Shown: piece after piece, positions 18,428 to 28,063 of the stretch
Layout of the letters: every line of letters starts with the position of its first letter
Numbering within the stretch: the first letter of the stretch is position 1
Source: Candidatus Gottesmanbacteria bacterium
GTDB taxonomy: Bacteria > Patescibacteriota > Microgenomatia > UBA10105 > UBA927
DNA length: 64,000 bases
Reading direction: 5' to 3'
Assembly: GCA_963711735.1 (NCBI GenBank)
Contig: CAVQFA010000003.1
Coordinates: 210,971 to 274,970, forward strand
Made by a program: the position numbers and the translations under genes
The notes under the pieces: model-generated
What the model was told of the DNA's origin: nothing
The model's input: only the letters and a program-made list of their open reading frames with translations
Databases searched by the model: none

Positions 18428-18456
18428 TTGACAAATAGGTGTAATGTGTGTACTAT
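18428..18456 (+). promoter_or_regulatory. sigma70-type promoter TTGACA-17-TACTAT
   Basis: Consensus -35 with exact 17-nt spacer to a -10 box, ~28 nt upstream of the 18484 start. Confidence 0.4.
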
Positions 18457-18483
18457 GTATATAGGGTCTGAAAGAAGATCGGT

Positions 18484-18780
18484 ATGATTCAAAAAAATAC
18501 TTTTACAAAAAAAGATTTAAAACACAGACTTACTGCTTTTATTGAACCGGATCTCGTTAAACGGGCAAAAGTCCGGGGAGCACTGGAAGGACTCACAATA
18601 TCCCAGATAGTAGAAAAAGCACTGGATGCATACGCACCGAAGTTAGAAAAGGGTAAAGATAAGCAAATAAACGTTCGATTTTCTACCTACCACGCAATTA
18701 ACGCACCGATTTCTGAAATAAGCATGAAACAGATTGAAATGGTTCCGAAACACACCAAGGCGCTGGTAGTGCCCCGATAA
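18484..18780 (+). CDS. putative ribbon-helix-helix (Arc/MetJ/CopG-like) DNA-binding protein with C-terminal extension
   Basis: 98 aa; N-terminal RLTAFIEPDLVKRAKVRGALEGLTISQIVEKALDAY fits a beta-alpha-alpha RHH pattern. No adjacent toxin-like partner. Confidence 0.35.
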   Translation: MIQKNTFTKKDLKHRLTAFIEPDLVKRAKVRGALEGLTISQIVEKALDAYAPKLEKGKDKQINVRFSTYHAINAPISEISMKQIEMVPKHTKALVVPR

Positions 18781-18789
18781 TTTAAAAGT

Positions 18790-18822
18790 AACAGATTTAC
18801 AGGCAAAAATCTGTTTAAATCC
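18790..18822 (+). terminator. hairpin (9-bp stem aacagattt/aaatctgtt) with short T tract after the 18484 gene
   Basis: Inverted repeat read directly; the U-tract is weak (tttaaat). Confidence 0.3.
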
Positions 18823-18984
18823 GATTATAGGTTTTATGCCAAGCTTGAGATATAGATAGCCCAACCTAACATATAATTTCTATCTTTTTTAAGCTTCAAC
18901 ATATTACAACTTCTCATTTAGACAGATTTTTGAACGTAATTATTCTTAGCAAAGATAAGCAGACGTTCGTTCATAGGCAAATAT

Positions 18985-19614
18985 ATGTTACAACCGTTTC
19001 AATCATTATATGTACGTCATAATGCAGATTTACCAATACCGGATGACGGAGAGAATAAAGATACTCATTATGCCTCAAAAAAGCTCTATACACAGAGCCA
19101 AGTAGATGCTTTACGAAAAGATCGGAACGATGGTTTTTCATCTCAGGCAAAAGAAATAGAAGAAGAGAGTCAGATAGCAGGTAAACAAAAAAGAATGGAC
19201 AACAGAACTGTCGCAAATTTAGTCAGAAAATCAAACAGAATATTGGTAAGTATATCCTCGCATGCTTTTCCTATAGATCTTTTTCCGGACACCATTAATG
19301 TTGAAGAGGGAAGAATCACGATAATAAACCGCCATCTGTTTTCTTCCGAAGTACACAGTATTGATATAAGAGATATTTCGAACATATTTATTAACACTTC
19401 GATCATTTTTTCACAATTGGTAATCATTTCCAGAACTTTTGAAGATAATGAAATCAGAATGAAAAATCTGAAAACCGGGGAAGCAGTATTTATCCGGAGA
19501 ATTATTGAGGGTTTAAGGATTTTCGAAAATAAACGCATAGATACATCAGGTTTTACAAAAGAAGAACTTATACGTAAACTCGAGCAATTAAGTACGACAG
19601 ATATAGTGACGTAA
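18985..19614 (+). CDS. hypothetical protein
   Basis: 209-aa ORF. The C-terminal half is loosely reminiscent of bacterial PH (DUF304-like) domains; low confidence. Confidence 0.3.
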   Translation: MLQPFQSLYVRHNADLPIPDDGENKDTHYASKKLYTQSQVDALRKDRNDGFSSQAKEIEEESQIAGKQKRMDNRTVANLVRKSNRILVSISSHAFPIDLFPDTINVEEGRITIINRHLFSSEVHSIDIRDISNIFINTSIIFSQLVIISRTFEDNEIRMKNLKTGEAVFIRRIIEGLRIFENKRIDTSGFTKEELIRKLEQLSTTDIVT

Positions 19615-19636
19615 CATTGAACGGAGGTGAAGATAC

Positions 19637-20035
19637 ATGGCAGAAATTGTAAAAGAAACGGTAACTACCCAAAATGACAACACTAAAACCGTAGAAGTTC
19701 CTCCTGTGGTTAAACTCGCAACCAGTTCTCAGACAATAGAATATTTAGTCTATTTCTTTTTTGGAGCGCTGGAAATACTCCTGGCATTCCGTCTTATTCT
19801 TAAGCTGACGGGAGCAAGCATGTCAAGCGCATTCGTGGGATTAATCTACGGATTAACCGGCGTTTTTATCCTACCTTTTGAAGGAATATTCCGCAGGGGA
19901 TTTGCACAGGGTGTAGAAACAACGTCAATTTTTGAGCCGTCAACACTGGTTGCAATCATTGTGTACAGTGTTTTGGCTTGGGGAATAGTAAAACTTATCC
20001 GGGTACTATCCGGTGAACAACAGCAAACAGATTAA
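19637..20035 (+). CDS. YggT-family membrane protein
   Basis: 132 aa; EYLVYFFFGALEILLAFRLILKLTG...GLIYGLTGVFILPFEG. Confidence 0.55.
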   Translation: MAEIVKETVTTQNDNTKTVEVPPVVKLATSSQTIEYLVYFFFGALEILLAFRLILKLTGASMSSAFVGLIYGLTGVFILPFEGIFRRGFAQGVETTSIFEPSTLVAIIVYSVLAWGIVKLIRVLSGEQQQTD

Positions 20036-20087
20036 CATGTTTGTTGTTGTTGGTTTGAGGAAAAGTTTATGAAGGGAAGTGAGAAAT

Positions 20088-20234
20088 ATGGGACTTTTGG
20101 ATATCATTATACTCGTGTTAATTATTGCATGGTTGGGAGGATTTTCTCTCGGAATCGGAGGGGGGATAATACATTTACTGCTTGTTATTGCGGTGATTGT
20201 TCTTGTTGCCCGTCTTTTGGGTGTGCGTGTGTAA
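20088..20234 (+). CDS. small membrane protein, lmo0937-like family (48 aa), missed by the >=60 aa ORF track
   Basis: MGLLDIIILVLIIAWLGGFSLGIGGGIIHLLLVIAVIVLVARLLGVRV, preceded by a GGAAG/GAG RBS. Confidence 0.5.
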   Translation: MGLLDIIILVLIIAWLGGFSLGIGGGIIHLLLVIAVIVLVARLLGVRV

Positions 20235-20265
20235 TACCTGTTTTTTGTTAAGGAGGTGAACATAT

Positions 20266-20409
20266 ATGAATCTTTCTTTTTCTAATTTAAGCCCGTTGGC
20301 ATCATTGGTATTCGGTATATTAATCCTGATATTCCCGAAATTCCTGAATTATCTCATTGCCGTATATCTTATCCTTGTCGGTATTATCGGACTCGGAATA
20401 CTGCGATAA
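20266..20409 (+). CDS. small membrane protein, DUF3096-like (47 aa), missed by the ORF track
   Basis: MNLSFSNLSPLASLVFGILILIFPKFLNYLIAVYLILVGIIGLGILR, preceded by a perfect AGGAGGTG RBS. Confidence 0.45.
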   Translation: MNLSFSNLSPLASLVFGILILIFPKFLNYLIAVYLILVGIIGLGILR

Positions 20410-20485
20410 TATAAATTCGGAGTAATACATGGCAGGTGACAGGAAATAATTATATTCCGTCTACGGAGTAATCCTATAGTAGTTG

Positions 20486-20514
20486 TTGACTATTTTCTTC
20501 TTATCTGTTATATT
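20486..20514 (+). promoter_or_regulatory. sigma70-type promoter TTGACT-17-TATATT driving a ~175-nt structured leader of the DEAD-box helicase
   Basis: Exact 17-nt spacer. Immediately downstream is an 8-bp hairpin (20524-20548, agcagatg/catctgct). Confidence 0.4.
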
Positions 20515-20693
20515 GCATGAATCAGCAGATGAAAGAAATGCATCTGCTTAATTTGAAAAACCGTTATCAGAGACGTTAGATAAAGATAGCCGCATAAAGC
20601 TTCATATTTTTTATTGAACCCCTATCTTGTCCTTCTCAATTTAACACCTATTAATTTAAGCAGTTTCATTTCTTTTATCTGAAGCAGTATTTT

Positions 20694-21878
20694 ATGAGAC
20701 CATACTACCATCCAAAACGAACGTTTAACCGTCATGCGGTACACACAAGCGGACACGCCGACGGGTCCGTTCTTGCAGCAATCCGCGCTTCCACCCGGGA
20801 GTCTCAAAAAACCCAGGCAGTAACAGATGAAGTATATAAACCGGTGCATAGTTTCAGCGATTTTTCCATCTCGCAAACACTGCTTGGAAATATAAACACG
20901 AAAGGATACCTTATTCCGACTCCCATACAGGATGAGGCTATACCGCTCATTCTTTCAGGGCGTGACCTTGTCGGTGTTGCCAATACTGGTACCGGTAAAA
21001 CGGGCGCGTTTCTCATACCAATGATAGAAAAAATATCCCGGGACAGAAACCAGAGGGTACTTATCGTTACGCCCACACGCGAGCTTGCCCTCCAGATAGG
21101 AGAAGAGCTCCGGGGATTCGGGAGAGGTCTCGGGATACGTTACGCCATGATTATCGGTGGGGCAAGCGCCTGGCGTCAGAGACAGGATATCCGTGCCGGG
21201 GCTCACGTCGTCATCGGTACACCCGGAAGGCTCAAGGACCTCATCCGCGAAAAAATTCTCTCGATGTCGCAATTCCGTAATGTCATATTGGATGAAGCAG
21301 ACCGTATGGTAGATATCGGTTTTATACATGATATTACATATTTCATTTCACTTCTTCCGAAAGAGCGTCAGTCACTGTTTTTTTCGGCGACCATATCAGG
21401 GAAAACATCGCTTATCCTTTCGGATTTCGTGAAGGACCCGGTGACGGTTTCGGTTAAAAAACACGATACGGTTCGCGGGATTTCACAGAACATCATTGAA
21501 GTTGCCCGCGGCAAGGAAAAGATTGATCACCTGCATGATCTTCTTGTCCGAAAAGAATTTGATAAAGTGCTTATTTTCGGCAGAACCAAATGGGGAGTCG
21601 AGCGGCTTGCCAATGAGCTTATTGCCCGCGGATTTAAAGCAGCTGCAATTCACGGTAACAAACGTCAGAGCCAGCGCCAGCATACACTGGATCAGTTTAA
21701 ACGGGACGAAATTCAGATACTATTGGCAACAGATGTAGCATCACGGGGATTGGATATACATAACGTCAGTCATGTCATAAATTACGATATACCCCAGACG
21801 TATGATGATTATATTCACCGCATCGGGAGAACCGGAAGAGCAAACAAAACAGGTATTGCGCTCACGTTTGTTGGTTAA
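20694..21878 (+). CDS. DEAD-box ATP-dependent RNA helicase
   Basis: 394 aa; Q motif (FSDFSI...PTPIQ), motif I AxTGTGKT, DEAD (ILDEAD), SAT, HRIGRTGR all present. Confidence 0.85.
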   Translation: MRPYYHPKRTFNRHAVHTSGHADGSVLAAIRASTRESQKTQAVTDEVYKPVHSFSDFSISQTLLGNINTKGYLIPTPIQDEAIPLILSGRDLVGVANTGTGKTGAFLIPMIEKISRDRNQRVLIVTPTRELALQIGEELRGFGRGLGIRYAMIIGGASAWRQRQDIRAGAHVVIGTPGRLKDLIREKILSMSQFRNVILDEADRMVDIGFIHDITYFISLLPKERQSLFFSATISGKTSLILSDFVKDPVTVSVKKHDTVRGISQNIIEVARGKEKIDHLHDLLVRKEFDKVLIFGRTKWGVERLANELIARGFKAAAIHGNKRQSQRQHTLDQFKRDEIQILLATDVASRGLDIHNVSHVINYDIPQTYDDYIHRIGRTGRANKTGIALTFVG

Positions 21879-21957
21879 TTCGTTTTATTTCCCCGTACAG
21901 AACCCCTCCGGCATGCAGGTTTATCATCTTGTTTTCATAATAGGCAGTATATAGTGT

Positions 21958-23028
21958 ATGTATCATATGGGTAAATTACTGAAAATATCGGTAATAGCGT
22001 GCATTGTAATCGTGATATCGGCATTCGGATACCGTATGGTAGGAAATGGTATATCCGGAAATTCTGCACAAAAAGACACACGGGGAATTTCATCACCGGT
22101 GACTTCCGCAACTGTCTATCCTCTCAGTATAGAAGCTATGCGCACCCGAATATTCCGGGGCAGTGATATCACGATCGAAAAAACCTTATCTCCCGGATCT
22201 AATTACAATCAATACATTGTTTCCTATGTATCAGACGGTCTTAAAATTTACGGACTGCTGACTGTACCCGGAGGTAAAATACCCCCTTCAGGGTGGCCGG
22301 TTATTATATTTAACCACGGATATATACCACCGCAGGTATACAGAACTACGGAGCGTTACGTAGCATACGTAGACAGTTTAGCCAGGAGCGGGTATATCGT
22401 TTTTAAACCGGATTACCGCGGAAACGGCAGTTCTCAGGGACAACCGGAAGGAGCTTATTATTCACCCGCATATACAACGGATGTTTTGAATGCAGTTGCC
22501 TCCATCAAGCGTTTCGGAGATGCTGATCCCAATAAAATCGGCATGTGGGGTCATTCAATGGGGGGGAATATAACTCTCCGCAGCGTAGTCGTATCCCGTG
22601 ACATAAAAGTTGCCGTCATATGGGGAGGAGTCGTCGGATCGTACGAAGACCTCATGAATAACTGGCAGCGGAATGTTACCTACCGCCCGCCGCCCGAGGA
22701 ACTGGCGCTTCGCAACAGAAATCGTGAAAATTTTATAAAACAATACGGTACGCCGGAGACTAATCCGAACTTCTGGCATTCCGTAGATCCGACCTATTTT
22801 ATCCCGGATATTACTGCACCAATACAGCTTCATCATGGTTTGTCCGATGAGGAAGTACCCGCAGCGTTTTCACAGTCCCTGTATGAGAAGCTGAAAAGTT
22901 CCGGAAAAACAGCGGAATATTTTTCTTATCCCGGTGCGGATCATAATATATCCGGATCACCGTTTTCCGTTGCCATGAATCGGACAATAACATTTTTCAA
23001 CACATATCTGAAGGGAGAAAAACCCTGA
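21958..23028 (+). CDS. alpha/beta-hydrolase S9-family peptidase, secreted; paralog 2
   Basis: 356 aa; GWPVIIFNHGYIPP...YRTTERY...GYIVFKPDYRG...IGMWGHSMGG shared with the 16773-17849 product. Confidence 0.65.
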   Translation: MYHMGKLLKISVIACIVIVISAFGYRMVGNGISGNSAQKDTRGISSPVTSATVYPLSIEAMRTRIFRGSDITIEKTLSPGSNYNQYIVSYVSDGLKIYGLLTVPGGKIPPSGWPVIIFNHGYIPPQVYRTTERYVAYVDSLARSGYIVFKPDYRGNGSSQGQPEGAYYSPAYTTDVLNAVASIKRFGDADPNKIGMWGHSMGGNITLRSVVVSRDIKVAVIWGGVVGSYEDLMNNWQRNVTYRPPPEELALRNRNRENFIKQYGTPETNPNFWHSVDPTYFIPDITAPIQLHHGLSDEEVPAAFSQSLYEKLKSSGKTAEYFSYPGADHNISGSPFSVAMNRTITFFNTYLKGEKP

Positions 23029-23049
23029 AAGAATTGTTTAATGATTTAT

Positions 23050-23628
23050 TTATAGGAGTTTGAGAACCTTCCACCAATTGTTTATATATTCGGCACGTCT
23101 GTTCTGATAGGAAAGGTAATACGCGTGCTCCCACACATCAAGTCCGATAAGCGGTGTATGTCCCAAAGTATACGGAGAATCCTGATTGGGGAGAGAATAT
23201 ATTTCCAGTTCGTTATGGCTATCTTCCGTAAGCCATGCCCATCCGCTGCCGAAATGATTGACGGCAGTATCGGTAAACAGTTTTTTGAACGAATCGACTG
23301 ATCCGAAATGACCGTTTATTTTTTTTATTAACTGAAGATCAGGTGTTTTGAGAGACCCCATAACAGACCAGAAAAACGTATGGTTGACGTGACCGCCCGC
23401 ATTATTACGGATTCCTATTCTGTCTTTTTCGTCAACGGAAAGAGATTTGATGTTTTTCAACATATCTTCCGGCTTCATTGATTCCAATTTCGGATATTTC
23501 TTCAGTATTACATTCAGTTTGTCTATGTATGCCTGGTGATGTTTGGTATAGTGGATTTCCATTGTCTTTGCATCAACGTACGGTTCCAATGCGTCAAACT
23601 GAAACGGCAGTTTTGGTAAAGTAATCAT
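23050..23628 (-). CDS. sodA: Fe/Mn superoxide dismutase
   Basis: Start at MITLPKLPF, which has an AAGGAGGT RBS. HYTKHHQAYIDKLN and DVWEHAYYL metal-ligand motifs. Confidence 0.9.
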   Translation of the reverse strand: MITLPKLPFQFDALEPYVDAKTMEIHYTKHHQAYIDKLNVILKKYPKLESMKPEDMLKNIKSLSVDEKDRIGIRNNAGGHVNHTFFWSVMGSLKTPDLQLIKKINGHFGSVDSFKKLFTDTAVNHFGSGWAWLTEDSHNELEIYSLPNQDSPYTLGHTPLIGLDVWEHAYYLSYQNRRAEYINNWWKVLKLL

Positions 23629-23783
23629 AAATACCTCCTTTAGAAAAATTTGAGAACAACGTAGTATAGAATATCCGATATGAGAGGAATATGAGAAGCT
23701 GAACGAAGATAAAAGGATTATGAAAATCCTTGGAAATAACACTCTCATTTTATTCTCATAATTTTTCCACTATAATACGCACC

Positions 23784-24464
23784 ATGCAGATACTCATTAT
23801 CGAGGATGAAAATAAGATAGCCAATTTTCTCCGGCGCGGACTTCTGGAGGAAAGTTATGCTGTTGATATCGCATCAGACGGAGAGGATGCTTTGTATAAA
23901 TTTGATATCAATGAATACGACCTTATCGTTCTGGATCTGATGATTCCCAAAGTTGACGGCATCCAGGTATGCCGGACAATACGGCAGAAAAATCCCCATA
24001 TACCGATTCTCATGCTGACGGCAAAAGACGCTGTTGAGGATAAGGTGGCGGGACTTGATGCCGGTGCGGATGATTACGTGACAAAACCATTTTCATTTAC
24101 GGAATTGAGCGCCCGGATAAGGGCACTCCTCCGGAGAGGCAACAAATCCGATCCGGTACTTCTCGCTATTGATGATCTGACTTTAAATCCCGCAACCCAC
24201 ATCGCAATAAGAGGTACTACGTCCATAACGTTAACGTCCCGCGAATATGCTCTTCTGGAATATTTCATGAGAAATCAGAACGTCGTTCTCACCAAGTCGC
24301 AACTATTGGAGCATGTGTGGGATTATAATTATGACGGCCTGTCGAATATCGTAGAGACATATGTTAAATACCTCCGCCAGAAAATCAGCGTCAGTTCTAA
24401 AAGCAAGGATCTTATACATACCCTTCGGGGATCGGGATATATCATGAAGGTGGAAGATGTATAA
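23784..24464 (+). CDS. OmpR-family response regulator (two-component system 1)
   Basis: MQILIIEDE...DLMIPKVDG receiver domain; C-terminal winged-helix (LTSREYALLEYFMRN). TATAAT ends 7 nt before the ATG, indicating a leaderless transcript. Confidence 0.85.
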   Translation: MQILIIEDENKIANFLRRGLLEESYAVDIASDGEDALYKFDINEYDLIVLDLMIPKVDGIQVCRTIRQKNPHIPILMLTAKDAVEDKVAGLDAGADDYVTKPFSFTELSARIRALLRRGNKSDPVLLAIDDLTLNPATHIAIRGTTSITLTSREYALLEYFMRNQNVVLTKSQLLEHVWDYNYDGLSNIVETYVKYLRQKISVSSKSKDLIHTLRGSGYIMKVEDV

Positions 24465-25479
24465 ACGCGCAAGAATTAAGCTGACCATCATTTATTCTCT
24501 CATCTTTTTTGTACTCTTTTGGATCATGAGTTTAGGGTTATGTATGTGGTTCTCCCAGTCATTGGGAACAGGATACATAACTGAAGTGAAACAAAGACAT
24601 CTTCGTACGTCGTTTCCTGAAGAATTCGGCTCGCAAAATACCGTAGTGGTTCAGATTGCAGGAAGTGTGGCATACGAGGAGTTACGGAATATAATCCTCA
24701 TACTCAACGGTATATTGATTATTGTTGTACCTTCTTTGGGATGGTTATTGACAGGAAGTACATTACGTCCTATCGAAATAGCAGGTGACCTGCAAAGACA
24801 ATTTGTATCGGATGCTTCGCATGAAATGCGGACACCGTTGTCTATTATGCGGGGCGAAATGGATGTGGCACTCGCGAAGAGCCGGACGGCAATGGAGTAT
24901 AAGAAGACAATTGTAAGCTCCAAAGAAGAAGTAGAACGACTGTCGAGATTGATCGAAAATCTCATATTTTTAGCACGGGGTGATCAGGGTAGGCAATACA
25001 TAAAATTTCAGGATATAGACATTACGGACCTCATCAGTTCAATAGTAAGTAAATTCAATTTAAAGATCAGTGAAAAAAAGCTCAAAGTGACATTTGTACC
25101 TCCCGACGAAGAAATAATCGTAAAAGGACAAACGTCCATGATGTGGACGCTTTTCTCAAATATCATCGATAACGCCGTAAAATATTCCTTTAACAAAGGT
25201 ATTGTCCGGATTGCCATAATCCGCTCCGATCATTACGCAGTTATATCAGTCAAAGACTCAGGAATAGGAATAAGCAGGGAAGATCAGGAAAAAATATTTA
25301 ACCGGTTTTATCGGGGAGATCCTTCACGGTCAACAACAAAAGGGTACGGATTGGGTTTGGCGATAGTCAGGTCTATAGTAGCCCTCCATAAAGGGAAAAT
25401 TGCCGTCCATTCAACACCCGGCAACGGTACAACGTTTACCGTCTATTTGCCTTATACCAGAAATAATTCTTTTTCATAA
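24457..25479 (+). CDS. sensor histidine kinase (TCS 1)
   Basis: 2 TM; H-box SDASHEMRTPL; N, G1 (DSGIGI), G2 (GYGLGLAIV) boxes. Overlaps the response-regulator stop by 8 nt. Confidence 0.8.
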   Translation: MYKRARIKLTIIYSLIFFVLFWIMSLGLCMWFSQSLGTGYITEVKQRHLRTSFPEEFGSQNTVVVQIAGSVAYEELRNIILILNGILIIVVPSLGWLLTGSTLRPIEIAGDLQRQFVSDASHEMRTPLSIMRGEMDVALAKSRTAMEYKKTIVSSKEEVERLSRLIENLIFLARGDQGRQYIKFQDIDITDLISSIVSKFNLKISEKKLKVTFVPPDEEIIVKGQTSMMWTLFSNIIDNAVKYSFNKGIVRIAIIRSDHYAVISVKDSGIGISREDQEKIFNRFYRGDPSRSTTKGYGLGLAIVRSIVALHKGKIAVHSTPGNGTTFTVYLPYTRNNSFS

Positions 25480-25570
25480 TTCTCCCACCTCATTTTCATA
25501 CAGATTTCCTATAATATCCGTGTTTGTTACAAAAGAACCATTAGATTTTCAGAAATAATAAGGAGACATT

Positions 25571-26020
25571 ATGCAGACAGTCAATTTTTCTCTTCCTGAT
25601 CAGAACGGAAACATGCATACACTGTCGGATTATAAAGGCAAGTGGGTTATCGTCTATTTTTATCCTAAAGACGATACGCCGGGTTGCACCCGGGAAGCAT
25701 GTGGTTTTCGTGATGTGAGTTTGGTATTTAAAGAAAAAAACGCAGTCATTCTCGGAATATCAAAAGACAGTGTGGCATCACATAAAAAATTCGCCGAAAA
25801 ATACCATCTGAACTTTCCGATATTATCGGACACTGAGAAAAAAATTATCCGGGCGTATCACGCCTGGGGCGAGAAAAAATTCTTAGGAAAAACTTTCGAA
25901 GGGACTATCAGAATAAGCTATCTTATCAACCCGGAAGGAAAAATACAGAAAGAGTATCCGCACGTAAACCCTCTCACTCATGCAGAGGAAATTCTTACCG
26001 ATATAAAAACGTTAAAATGA
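25571..26020 (+). CDS. bcp: thiol peroxidase Bcp (peroxiredoxin Q)
   Basis: 149 aa; FYPKDDTPGCTREACGFRD active site. Confidence 0.85.
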   Translation: MQTVNFSLPDQNGNMHTLSDYKGKWVIVYFYPKDDTPGCTREACGFRDVSLVFKEKNAVILGISKDSVASHKKFAEKYHLNFPILSDTEKKIIRAYHAWGEKKFLGKTFEGTIRISYLINPEGKIQKEYPHVNPLTHAEEILTDIKTLK

Positions 26021-26133
26021 ATCTCCCATAGCATTTTCATCACAATCTCATGGGTGATATTGTAAGATGCATTCATCAGAAAATGAGCGTATTTTGGGAA
26101 GCATTTACGCAGTATTCAGAAAGGAGAGTATAT

Positions 26134-26316
26134 ATGGAATTACATGATCATAAAGGAGATTCAATGGTAGTTTGGGTATGGCATGAAGGAGAATGGCATA
26201 AAGTCATACTGACCGGTGATCATGGCGTTGAAGACGAAGAAGATGTAGATCAGCTCATGTCACAGGAGCAATTCTTTCAGATGGCGCGGAATAATGCGAA
26301 AAAAACCGTCAACTAA
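26134..26316 (+). CDS. hypothetical small acidic protein (60 aa)
   Basis: AAAGGAGAG RBS 7 nt before the ATG at 26134; the ORF track extends it to 26050. Confidence 0.3.
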   Translation: MELHDHKGDSMVVWVWHEGEWHKVILTGDHGVEDEEDVDQLMSQEQFFQMARNNAKKTVN

Positions 26317-26491
26317 TTTTTTGTTTTCTCACTTTTCTCATAACACTTTTATTTTCATATCACGGTATTTTCATAATCAATGCACTACACTGACTCCACT
26401 GACAGCTGTCAGATTTTGAGCAGAGTGAAAGGGGGTACAGCCAATGTAAAAAGATTCCTTTCTTACCACACCAGTTCAGCCTTAAAAAGTG

Positions 26492-26530
26492 AAACGGGAG
26501 GCACGGTCAGCCCCGTTTTACTTTTTTTCT
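26492..26530 (+). terminator. rho-independent terminator hairpin (aaacggg...cccgttt) followed by T tract; possibly bidirectional
   Basis: GC-rich stem with a tacttttttt run. Lies in a 315-nt ORF-poor spacer that also carries the perfect 14-bp palindrome CTGACAGCTGTCAG (~26397-26410). Confidence 0.45.
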
Positions 26531-26631
26531 CCGGTAAACTTCACGGATATCAACACTCACTCACACCTACATGTAATATTGAATGAACTGTTGTATCAGA
26601 CAGAATGCATTCGTACGGATATATTTGTATA

Positions 26632-27891
26632 TTAGAGAGTCGGGATCGGAGTCTCAGACGGAGGTGGCAGTGGGGTATCTGTCACGGTAGTTACCGGTGT
26701 TGATGACGGTGTGGCTGAGGCAGAATCGGTTGCTTCGGGTGAGGGTGTGAGTAAGGCAATGCCTCCTTCTGTGGCTACAGGATGCTTGTTAAATGCACCA
26801 ACAGCTTTTCCGGGAATAATATGAATTTGTTTAGCGAGTAACCCTCCCTCAATCGGTTCCCCGACACATGCAACGCGCATACCTACAGAAAAAGCCGATC
26901 CCGGGAGTCCGTTTTTCGAAGTGATAACGGTATTTACATTGTAAAATACCGTATAAATTCTATCCCTTTGTATCAGGTGTGCAATAGTCAGGGTTCCCTC
27001 AGCAACACCCGTAATTACTCCGGACAGCGCATGTCGTTTGAGTGTTGCTGTGGATGTTGCCTCCCTGGCAGTAAATTTTTTCAAATTCCGGTAGACACCT
27101 GATGCGCTGCTGCTGGTGCTCTCCGATGCAAGCAATTCCTTCATTTTTAGAGTCCCTATTTTTTTCGGATTCTCTGATACCTTCTTTGTTTCAAGAAATT
27201 TTTTGACTACCGTATTTGTTTTAACGGCAGGAGTTACGGATATCTGTTTATTCTGTTTCACTGTTGGCGTCGACTTGGTTTTCGGCTCACCTATCCCGGG
27301 ATTGGATTTCAGAGCATTTGAAGTACCGGATTCTGTCTTTTTGGCTTGTCCTGGTGCGATATTTGATTTACCTAAAACATCAGATTCTCCGCTTATCGAA
27401 ATTCCGTTGCTTCCGTCGATACTGAAAGTCTCACTTTTTTCTTCTCCGGAGGAAGATATGGCAGTTATCCTGACCAGGCCACCATTATTTCCGACCAGCA
27501 CGGTACTCTCGAATTTTCCGTCCGGACCGCTGTCGGTGATTGATTCGTCGGAATCGGAATATACCATAACAGTAGTCTCGGGAAGTGTGCGGCCGCTTAC
27601 TAAGATTTCCCCGTTAATAGCCGCAACAGTAGCCCTGGGACTGTCTATGGTCAGGTAAAACGGCATGGGAGTTGTAGAACGCCTAAGAGCTTCCCGTAAA
27701 TTTTGTTCATTTCTCTCGCGCACAAGAAAAACCGTCATATAGGAGACAAGGACAACAAGAACAAGGAGGATGACGGTGAGGGGGAAATTCGTACCCGGGG
27801 TGCGGGATTTTTTTTCAGTTTTTACCACCGGTTCAACCGGTTCCGGTGGAGGCTGATTTGTGCTTACATCGGGAGTTGATTGCATATCCAT
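26632..27891 (-). CDS. membrane-anchored Ser/Thr/Pro-rich surface protein, unknown function
   Basis: 419 aa; N-terminal TM anchor, central beta-rich region, S/T/P-rich low-complexity stretches including a PT-rich C-terminus. Confidence 0.45.
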   Translation of the reverse strand: MDMQSTPDVSTNQPPPEPVEPVVKTEKKSRTPGTNFPLTVILLVLVVLVSYMTVFLVRERNEQNLREALRRSTTPMPFYLTIDSPRATVAAINGEILVSGRTLPETTVMVYSDSDESITDSGPDGKFESTVLVGNNGGLVRITAISSSGEEKSETFSIDGSNGISISGESDVLGKSNIAPGQAKKTESGTSNALKSNPGIGEPKTKSTPTVKQNKQISVTPAVKTNTVVKKFLETKKVSENPKKIGTLKMKELLASESTSSSASGVYRNLKKFTAREATSTATLKRHALSGVITGVAEGTLTIAHLIQRDRIYTVFYNVNTVITSKNGLPGSAFSVGMRVACVGEPIEGGLLAKQIHIIPGKAVGAFNKHPVATEGGIALLTPSPEATDSASATPSSTPVTTVTDTPLPPPSETPIPTL

Positions 27892-28063
27892 ATGTCTGTC
27901 TTATGTATTCATTATACACAACACAAAAAATATTGCACCGTGAAACAAGGAATATACGGAGTATTTCATTACATATTTTATAAATCATGACGGTATATTT
28001 TCCGGAGAGTGCCATATGTTGTATGAAATGCTATTCTGATACAGGAAATCGGTCATGTCTTGA

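Noticed and set aside
26380-26586. 68-aa ORF in the 26317-26631 spacer
   Set aside because: It spans the terminator hairpin and T-run. It has no RBS. The region is more likely non-coding RNA or UTR.
26317-26631. Possible SRP RNA / tmRNA / RNase P RNA in ORF-free spacers (also 18322-18483, 20410-20693)
   Set aside because: No conserved SRP domain IV, tmRNA tag-reading frame/tRNA-like ends, or RNase P P4 (AGGAAAGUCC) sequences were seen by eye.
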